Source: a virus. From it: a stretch of 64,000 nt of DNA. The notes under the pieces were generated by a model. The model was given only the letters and a program-made list of their open reading frames with translations, was not told the DNA's origin and made no database searches. Shown here piece after piece: positions 58,078-64,000 of this stretch (the stretch's first letter is position 1; every line of letters begins with the position of its first letter). Position numbers and translations under genes: made by a program. The stretch covers positions 1-64,000 of IMG/VR virus record IMGVR_UViG_3300036719_006047; one strand, written 5' to 3'.

Positions 58078-59046
58078 TCAGTACTTGAAGATGGGAGTCT
58101 TGATGTGCAGTCTGCCGTCTGCTCGCAGTTCAATGACAAGTCTCTTTTTGGCCTTTCGCTTGTGTGGTATAGGTTCTGGTTCGTGAAGCAAAATAACTTT
58201 TTCGGCTACTTTTTTAGGGTAACCGTCTTTTGCTACATCGACATAATTTGAGGCATTCAATTGATCTTGAGTAATCTTCGCGTTGGTCAAGTCAGCGAAA
58301 CCTATTTCGGCTCTTTTGAGGTCGGCGCCTTCGAGGTTGGCGCCGGTGAGGTTGGCGTTGGTGAGGTTGGCGCCGGTGAGGTTGGCGTCGCTGAGTTTGG
58401 TGCTGTGGAGGTTGGCACCGGTGAGGTTGGCGCCCCAGAGGTTGGCGCCGTTGAGGTCGGCGCCGGTGAGGATGGCGCCTCTGAGGTCGGCGCCGGTGAG
58501 GTTGGCACTGGTGAGGTCAGCGTTGGTGAGGTTGGCGCCGGTGAGGTTGGCGCCGACGAGGTTGGCGCCGGTGAAATTGGAGCCGATGAGCCAGGCGTCG
58601 CGGAGCTCGGCGCGGTTGAGGTTGGCGTAGTTGAGCTTGGCGCCGTTGAGCCTGGCGCCGGTGAGGTCGGCGCCCCCGAGGCGGGCATTCTCGAGGGCGG
58701 CGTCGGTGAGGTCGGCGCCGGTGAGGTTGGCGCCGCTGAGGTTGGCGCCTCTGAGGACGGCGCCGGTGAGGACGGCGCCGGTGAGGTTGGCGCCGTTGAG
58801 GTCGGCGCCGGTGAGGTTGGCGCGGGTGAGGTTGGCGCCGTTGAGGTCGGCGCCGGTGAGGATGGCGCCTCTGAGGTCGGCGCCCTCGAGCTTGTCGCCG
58901 TCGAAATCGGCGCCGGTGAAGTCTATGCCAGACAGATTTCTAAGATTAGAGGGTAAGACTGGAACGATTTCTCCCTGCTGCTTAGCTTTTTGGCAAGCCT
59001 TTGCGTGAGCGAGGACAGCGATAACGCGGGGGTCGGACATGTTCAT
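58078..59046 (-). CDS. DPRV-family pentapeptide-repeat protein, copy 13 (longest, 322 aa)
   Basis: Same caps. Confidence 0.92.
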   Translation of the reverse strand: MNMSDPRVIAVLAHAKACQKAKQQGEIVPVLPSNLRNLSGIDFTGADFDGDKLEGADLRGAILTGADLNGANLTRANLTGADLNGANLTGAVLTGAVLRGANLSGANLTGADLTDAALENARLGGADLTGARLNGAKLNYANLNRAELRDAWLIGSNFTGANLVGANLTGANLTNADLTSANLTGADLRGAILTGADLNGANLWGANLTGANLHSTKLSDANLTGANLTNANLTGANLEGADLKRAEIGFADLTNAKITQDQLNASNYVDVAKDGYPKKVAEKVILLHEPEPIPHKRKAKKRLVIELRADGRLHIKTPIFKY

Positions 59047-59054
59047 GATTCACC

Positions 59055-59855
59055 TCAATACTTGAAGATGGGAGTCTTGATGTAAAGTTTGCCGTCTGCT
59101 CGCAGTTCAACGACAAGTCTCTTTTTGGCTATTCGTTCCCAGGACGTAGGCGGTTCGTGAAGCAAAATAACTTTCTCGGCTACTTCTTTGAGGTAGCCCA
59201 AATCCGCAACATTGACATAATTTGAGTCATCCAATTGATCTTGAGTAATCTTCGCGTTGGTCAAGTCAGCGAAACCTATTTCGGCGCCGTTGAGGTCGGC
59301 GCCGGTGAGGTCGGCGTCGGTGAGGTCGGCGCCGGTGAGGTTGGCGCCGCTGAGCTCGGCGCGGAAGAGTCTGACGCGGGTGAGGTTGGCGCCGTTGAGG
59401 TCGGCGCCGGTGAGGTTGGCGCCGTTGAGGTCGGCGCCGGTGAGGATGGCGCCTCTGAGGTCGGCGCCGGTGAGGTTGGCACTGGTGAGGTCAGCGTTGG
59501 TGAGGTTGGCGTCTTTGAGGTTGGCGCTGTTGAGCTTGGCGCTGTTGAGGTTGGCGCGGGTGAGGTTGGCGCTGTAGAGCTTGGCGCCTCTGAGGTCGGC
59601 GCTGAAGAGCCAGGCGCCGCTGAGGTTGGCGCCGTTGAGGTCGGCGCCGGTGAGGTCGATGCCGGTGAGCTTGGCGTCGGTGAGGTCGGCGCGGGTGAGG
59701 TTGGCGCCGGTGAGGTCGGCGCCGGTGAGGTCGATGCGATAAATATCTTTGAGAATATGCGGCAGAGAAGGTCTGCTTCTTTTCTGCCGATTAGCTTCTC
59801 GACAAGCCTCTGCGTGAGCGAGGACAAGAGGAACGCGGGGGTCGGACGTGCCCAT
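59055..59855 (-). CDS. DPRV-family pentapeptide-repeat protein, copy 14
   Basis: MGTSDPRV; same C-cap. Confidence 0.92.
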   Translation of the reverse strand: MGTSDPRVPLVLAHAEACREANRQKRSRPSLPHILKDIYRIDLTGADLTGANLTRADLTDAKLTGIDLTGADLNGANLSGAWLFSADLRGAKLYSANLTRANLNSAKLNSANLKDANLTNADLTSANLTGADLRGAILTGADLNGANLTGADLNGANLTRVRLFRAELSGANLTGADLTDADLTGADLNGAEIGFADLTNAKITQDQLDDSNYVNVADLGYLKEVAEKVILLHEPPTSWERIAKKRLVVELRADGKLYIKTPIFKY

Positions 59856-59863
59856 GAATCACC

Positions 59864-60406
59864 TCAGTACTTGAAGATGCGATTTTTGATGTGAAGCTTG
59901 CCGTCCGCTCGCAGCTCAACAACAAGTCTTTTTTTGGCAACACGGTTCCAATCGACAGTTTCGTGAAACAAAATAACTTTTTCGGCCACTTCCTTAGGGT
60001 AACCCTGATATTCTACATCACGGTAAAATGCTTCTTCCAGCTGGGCCTGAGTGACCCTCGCGTTGGTTAAGTCAGCAAAACCTATTTTGGCGCGGTTGAG
60101 GTTGGCGCCGTTGAGCTTGGCGCCGTTGAGGTCGGCGTCTTCGAGGTAGGCGCCTCTGAGGTTGGCGCCCGTGAGGTCGGCGCCGATGAGGTCGGAGCCG
60201 CGGAGGTTAGCGTCGGTGAGGTCGGCGTTGGTGAGGTTGGCGCCGGCGAGGTCAGCGTCTTCGAGATTGGCGCCGGAGAGGTCGATGCCAGAAAGATCTT
60301 TGAGCTCATGAGGCAGAGGAGGTCTGCTCTCTTCCCCCCAAAAAGCTTCTCGACAAGCCTCTGCATGCGCGAGGATAGCGACAACGCGGGGGTCGGACGT
60401 GTCCAT
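59864..60406 (-). CDS. DPRV-family pentapeptide-repeat protein, copy 15
   Basis: MDTSDPRV; KLHIKNRIFKY. Confidence 0.92.
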   Translation of the reverse strand: MDTSDPRVVAILAHAEACREAFWGEESRPPLPHELKDLSGIDLSGANLEDADLAGANLTNADLTDANLRGSDLIGADLTGANLRGAYLEDADLNGAKLNGANLNRAKIGFADLTNARVTQAQLEEAFYRDVEYQGYPKEVAEKVILFHETVDWNRVAKKRLVVELRADGKLHIKNRIFKY

Positions 60407-60414
60407 GAATCACC

Positions 60415-61137
60415 TCAGTACTTGAAGATGGGAGTTTTGATGTGAAGCTTTCCGTCTGCGCGCAATTCGACGACAAGTCTCTTTTTGGCAACACGGTTCT
60501 TGGACACAGGTTCTTTCGCGTGAAGCAAAATAACTTTTTCGGCTACTTCTTTGGGGTAACCGTTTTGTGCAACATCGACATACCATCCTCTATCCAATTG
60601 AGCTTTAGTAATCTTCGCGTTGGTCAAGTCGGCAAAACCTAAGTTAGCTTCACCTCCTGAGTAGAGTTCACCTAAGTAGACGCCGGTGAAGTCGGCGTCG
60701 GTGAGATTGGCGCCGGTGAGGTCGGCGTAGCTGAGGTTGGCGCGGTTGAGGTTGGCGCCAGTGAGGTTGGCGCCGTGGAATCTGGCGGCGCTGCCGAGCT
60801 TGACGTCGGTGAGGTCGGCTCCGGTGAGGTCGGCGCTGTCGAAGTAGGCGCTGCTGAGGTCGGCGCCGGTCAAGTTGGCGTCGGTGAGGTTGGCGCCTCT
60901 GAGGTCGGAATTGCCGAAGTAGGCGCCTCTGAGGTCGGCGCTGCTGAGGTCGGCGCCGGTGAGGTTGGCGTCGGTGAGCAAGGCTTCGATGAGCCGGGCG
61001 CCGGAGAGGTCGATGCCAGACAGATATCTAAGATTATAGGGCAAGCGTGAAGAGAGTCTTCCCTGCTGCGTAGCTTGTAGACAAGCCTCTGCGTGAGCGA
61101 GGACAGCGATAACGCGGGGGTCGGACATGTTGGCCAC
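60415..61137 (-). CDS. DPRV-family pentapeptide-repeat protein, copy 16
   Basis: MANMSDPRV; same C-cap. Confidence 0.92.
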   Translation of the reverse strand: MANMSDPRVIAVLAHAEACLQATQQGRLSSRLPYNLRYLSGIDLSGARLIEALLTDANLTGADLSSADLRGAYFGNSDLRGANLTDANLTGADLSSAYFDSADLTGADLTDVKLGSAARFHGANLTGANLNRANLSYADLTGANLTDADFTGVYLGELYSGGEANLGFADLTNAKITKAQLDRGWYVDVAQNGYPKEVAEKVILLHAKEPVSKNRVAKKRLVVELRADGKLHIKTPIFKY

Positions 61138-61140
61138 GGT

Positions 61141-61422
61141 TCACCTCGAAGGTTTTTTCTTTTCTGACTGCTTCTTCTTCACTGTCTGGTTGAGGACAGA
61201 AAGATGCATCAGAGCGGACAGAATAGCAGCTTGGCTTTGCTGAGGCAGGGATGCCTCTTCAGCTTCGAGTGCTGCAATCAAATTTTCTGTCTCCGCTTTG
61301 AGCTTGGACAACAACGATTTTGTCTGTTCCCTCTTCGACAGGGATAAAAGAGATGGCTGAAAGCCCTTCTTCCTAGCCTGTTTGGGTTGCTCTTGACCTT
61401 CTTGGGTTGTAGCTCTTGCCAT
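61141..61422 (-). CDS. Small helical hypothetical protein leading the array operon
   Basis: 93-aa ORF; its TGA forms part of the AGGTGA RBS of copy 16. Confidence 0.6.
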   Translation of the reverse strand: MARATTQEGQEQPKQARKKGFQPSLLSLSKREQTKSLLSKLKAETENLIAALEAEEASLPQQSQAAILSALMHLSVLNQTVKKKQSEKKKPSR

Positions 61423-61459
61423 CTGTCACTCTCGCTCTTAGGGGGCGCGGCACAGGAAG

Positions 61460-62653
61460 GTGCTCGTGCCTGTCTCTGAAACTGAAACGTTAGAAGCGAT
61501 TGCATTGCTCCCTGAACATTCCTGGCTACGGCAGTACGTCATTCACGCCCTCAAGCAGACTGTTGCTCCTCTCTGTTATCACATCGGCATCGGTATCGCT
61601 GTTCTCGGCGTTACCTGCCCCATTCATTACGGCATGTCTTATGCAGGCCCACTTCGGGCGAACAATTTTGTGCTCTGTGTCGGTCGATCTGGCGAAGACA
61701 ATAAATCCACAGCCCTCAACATTGGTATTGAGCTTCTCAAAAGCGCTGAATCAAGCCTGATAGGCGACTTCCCGGGATCTCAGGAAGGGTTGATTGAAAG
61801 CTTGATGGATCAGGAATCCCAAGTGATTCCAATGTCGGAGTTCGGCAAGTTTCTTTCCTCGGCCCAGCGCGGGTACTTCGAACCCATCAAGACTGCTTTG
61901 ACTGATCTGTGGGACTGCGGAAAGCAGACAAGGAGAAAAGCGGCTCAGCGGGGTCAGGTCGTAAAAGTTGAAGTTGAGAACCCCAGACTTTCTATTGCAG
62001 CCGCTTGCTCCATCCCTTACCTCGAAAAACATACTTTATCGGAGGACTGGACAGGAGGCTTCATGGGGCGATGGCTCGTTTTCTACGGTATGCGTGAACG
62101 GTATGATGCAAATCCCGTAGGCGACGACAGCATGGTTCCCCTTCTGAAAGAAGGCTTGCAGTCTCGCGCGCAAACAGCTTCTGCAGGCTTCTGCAAAGGC
62201 TTGACGCCCGAAGCTCAGGAGCTTTGGGATGAGTGGTACAAAGACATCGTTCACCGCAGACTGCCCAACAACATCGTGGGCATCCGTTCTCGAGCGCCGA
62301 CTATCGCGAGAAAGCTGTGTCTTGTTCTGGCTTGGGATTACGGACTGGCTCGCGAAGGCGCCCCTTGGGATCTCGATGTCGACATTTTGCGCCCCGCCAT
62401 TGCGATCACTGAGCTTCACGTAAAGAGCTTGGTCGACCTTTCCTCGATGATCGCGGAGCACGCTGACGCACGAATGCGTAGATCTGTCATCGACGCCGTG
62501 GAATGCGTCGGAGGCGTTGCTACTCTGGGCGAGATTCTCTCTCACTTGAAGATGAGAAAACGCCCTGTGGTCGAAGTGCTCGATTCCTTGATCGAAGAGG
62601 GAAGAATCAAACGAATCAAGACTTCCCTCGGGTACTCATACGAACTTCAATGA
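61460..62653 (+). CDS. DUF3987/YfjI-like replication-associated P-loop protein with C-terminal winged helix
   Basis: VGRSGEDNKST, SQEGL, SEFG, DLWD, PRLSI, GFMGRW; C-terminal wHTH-like segment. Confidence 0.7.
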   Translation: MLVPVSETETLEAIALLPEHSWLRQYVIHALKQTVAPLCYHIGIGIAVLGVTCPIHYGMSYAGPLRANNFVLCVGRSGEDNKSTALNIGIELLKSAESSLIGDFPGSQEGLIESLMDQESQVIPMSEFGKFLSSAQRGYFEPIKTALTDLWDCGKQTRRKAAQRGQVVKVEVENPRLSIAAACSIPYLEKHTLSEDWTGGFMGRWLVFYGMRERYDANPVGDDSMVPLLKEGLQSRAQTASAGFCKGLTPEAQELWDEWYKDIVHRRLPNNIVGIRSRAPTIARKLCLVLAWDYGLAREGAPWDLDVDILRPAIAITELHVKSLVDLSSMIAEHADARMRRSVIDAVECVGGVATLGEILSHLKMRKRPVVEVLDSLIEEGRIKRIKTSLGYSYELQ

Positions 62654-63224
62654 GAGGCAGCAGCCACTTCAGATTGACGGGCTTGAGCGAGCCCGGCTTT
62701 GTCGGAACAAGTGGCGTGTAAATCTCTTTTTCCGGTGTGGGCTGCGCCCACTCTCGAAGGGTCTGGATCGCTTGCTTGGGCAAGATGATCCAGGCCTTTG
62801 AGCCATTGGCTTCAGGCGTTTCGTAACGGTCTTTGTTTTCGTTGTAGATGACATGCCCCCACGTCCTTGTCTTCAGGCTCTTTGCTTCGAGACCAGACAA
62901 GATGCAGTCCGCGATGGCGTCTACGACTTCGACAGGCACCTGAGGGATGTCCACGATGTTCTCCACGGGCTTGGGAGGTCTTCCGAGGGGCAGGACAGGG
63001 AGATCGGGCAACTGCTTTTCGTAAAGCTCAAGCATGTACCGAGAGTAAGCTCGGTAAGCAGAACGAGTTTTGGGGTGCAGAAGGATGACTCCTTTCACTT
63101 GCTCCTCGTCCTCGAAGGTAGTTGAGTTCAAAGCTCTTTCGAGGCAATTGATGTGAGACAAGTAGACTTTGATCGAGTTGTCCTTCATCTGCATCTCTTT
63201 CTTGAGCCATTCTTTGAACTGCAT
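62616..63224 (-). CDS. Truncated, catalytically inactive tyrosine-recombinase-like protein
   Basis: Start ATG 63224 after GGAGTGA; FKEWL...KDNSIKVYLS (core-binding-like), SGLEAKSLKTRTWGHV (GLR box with R>E), WIILPKQAIQTLREW; no HxxR/Tyr. Confidence 0.5.
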   Translation of the reverse strand: MQFKEWLKKEMQMKDNSIKVYLSHINCLERALNSTTFEDEEQVKGVILLHPKTRSAYRAYSRYMLELYEKQLPDLPVLPLGRPPKPVENIVDIPQVPVEVVDAIADCILSGLEAKSLKTRTWGHVIYNENKDRYETPEANGSKAWIILPKQAIQTLREWAQPTPEKEIYTPLVPTKPGSLKPVNLKWLLPLIEVRMSTRGKS

Positions 63225-63442
63225 GGTCACTCCGTTAACTGGTTTACGGGATAACAGAACTCGTTTACCCTGTGTCGCGCTGGTAGTCAAATCACCTGGA
63301 ATAGAAAGACATAGGTACTTCTCCTTATGCATGTCTATTCCAGACTTGTCTCTCTGATTTCAGACAGCGTGCGCAAACGATAACGTACTTCTGTTATCCA
63401 GTTATTCAGTTAACTACGCCCGGCGCAAGCATCGCGTCGCGT

Positions 63443-63730
63443 CACGTGCGTGTCGTGCGTGTCGTGCGTGTCGTGCGTGTCGCACGTGTCGTGCGTGTCG
63501 CACGTGTCGTGCGCGTCACGCGTGTCGCACGTGTCGCACGTGACGTGGGAGTCGTACGTGTCGCACGTGACGTAGGGACCGTACGTGTCGCACGTGACGC
63601 ACGTGTCGCACGTGACGTACGTCCACTCCGTACGGCGCGCACGTTACGTACCCGCTCCGTACGGCGCGCACGTAACGTGCATGCACGTACGCCCACCGTA
63701 CGTCCGCACGGACGTGCGCATGTGTACGTG
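63443..63730. repeat. 9-bp-period CpG-rich repeat tract
   Basis: 19 in-phase units 63452-63622 (GTCGTGCGT/GTCGCACGT/GACGTACGT variants), then a 19-bp direct repeat CTCCGTACGGCGCGCACGT at 63626 and 63655. Confidence 0.9.
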
Positions 63731-63932
63731 ATAGAAAGGGCCGGAGTTAATCCAAAGAAGGCCAAAAAAATTTTGTTAGACCAAAGAGAGGGTCGATAGG
63801 AACCTTACTGTTTCCGACGGTTTCTGTCGATACCCTCAGTCTCTCAGGGATCGTGGTTGATTCCCGAGAGCGAGGGGTTTGTCCCCCACGGGAGCGTGTT
63901 GTATCGCTCCCTCACATGCCCTTGGAGGCACC

Positions 63933-64000
63933 ATGTCCGCTGTTCTCCCCGCGCAGGCCTTCGTCGAGACCTCCACCATCACCGTCCCCGTGGACGGCCG
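63933..64000 (+). CDS. Partial CDS running off the window end
   Basis: GGAGG RBS then ATG TCC GCT GTT... (MSAVLPAQAFVETSTITVPVDG), GC3-rich codons. Confidence 0.6.
   Translation, partial: MSAVLPAQAFVETSTITVPVDG

Noticed and set aside
47127-61050. Many Ser/Thr/Pro-rich, Glu-Val-Gly-Ala and Arg-Leu-Ala-Pro ORFs overlapping the array
   Set aside because: They are alternative-frame or antisense shadows of the stop-free 15-bp pentad repeat and lack RBS or conserved caps.
46475-61137. CRISPR array or diversity-generating retroelement explanation for the repeats
   Set aside because: Repeats are in-frame coding units, not repeat-spacer; no reverse transcriptase or TR/VR pair was seen in the window, and variation is not visibly adenine-restricted (not computed).
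46475-61137. Labelling the paralogues qnr/mfpA
   Set aside because: Only the generic pentapeptide fold is shared; no Qnr-specific loops were recognised, so resistance function is unsupported.
62616-63332. Functional integrase implying a prophage boundary
   Set aside because: Catalytic R-K-H-R-H-Y residues are absent, and no att-like duplication or host genes are seen.

Overview
This 64-kb window looks like part of a large dsDNA bacterial virus genome: it is densely coded in standard code 11, mostly on the minus strand, with Shine-Dalgarno-led, translationally coupled genes. I recognised no rRNA, tRNA, CRISPR array, capsid, portal or terminase. From left to right it holds: (1) an orphan DNA methyltransferase, an amidase plus holin-like pair, and two paralogous ~850-aa proteins each with six Ig-like repeats. 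(2) A replication/recombination block: SMC/Rad50-like ATPase, UDG-fused family-A DNA polymerase with three inteins, SSB-like protein, AAA_24 ATPase, Cas4-like nuclease with an intein, UvrD, ParB-like protein, DEDDh exonuclease and SNF2 helicase. (3) A putative virion/membrane block: Cu/Zn SOD, Dps-like protein, two membrane-anchored M15 peptidases and several tail-anchored proteins. (4) RecD-like helicase, NUDIX, a 952-aa multidomain protein and a MoxR-VWA pair, many carrying (R/K)-x-N-P motifs at domain borders. (5) An array of 16 intact paralogous pentapeptide-repeat genes plus one decayed copy, with fixed N/C caps, stereotyped 8-nt junctions and mosaic shared blocks, interrupted by a second SNF2-like gene. 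(6) A DUF3987-like gene, a catalytically dead recombinase-like gene and a 9-bp-period CpG-rich repeat tract that may be an origin. The strongest novel candidates are the pentapeptide cassette array and the recurrent x-x-N-P motif that appears to delimit domains in polyprotein-like products. All family assignments come from motif recognition by eye; no database search was run.
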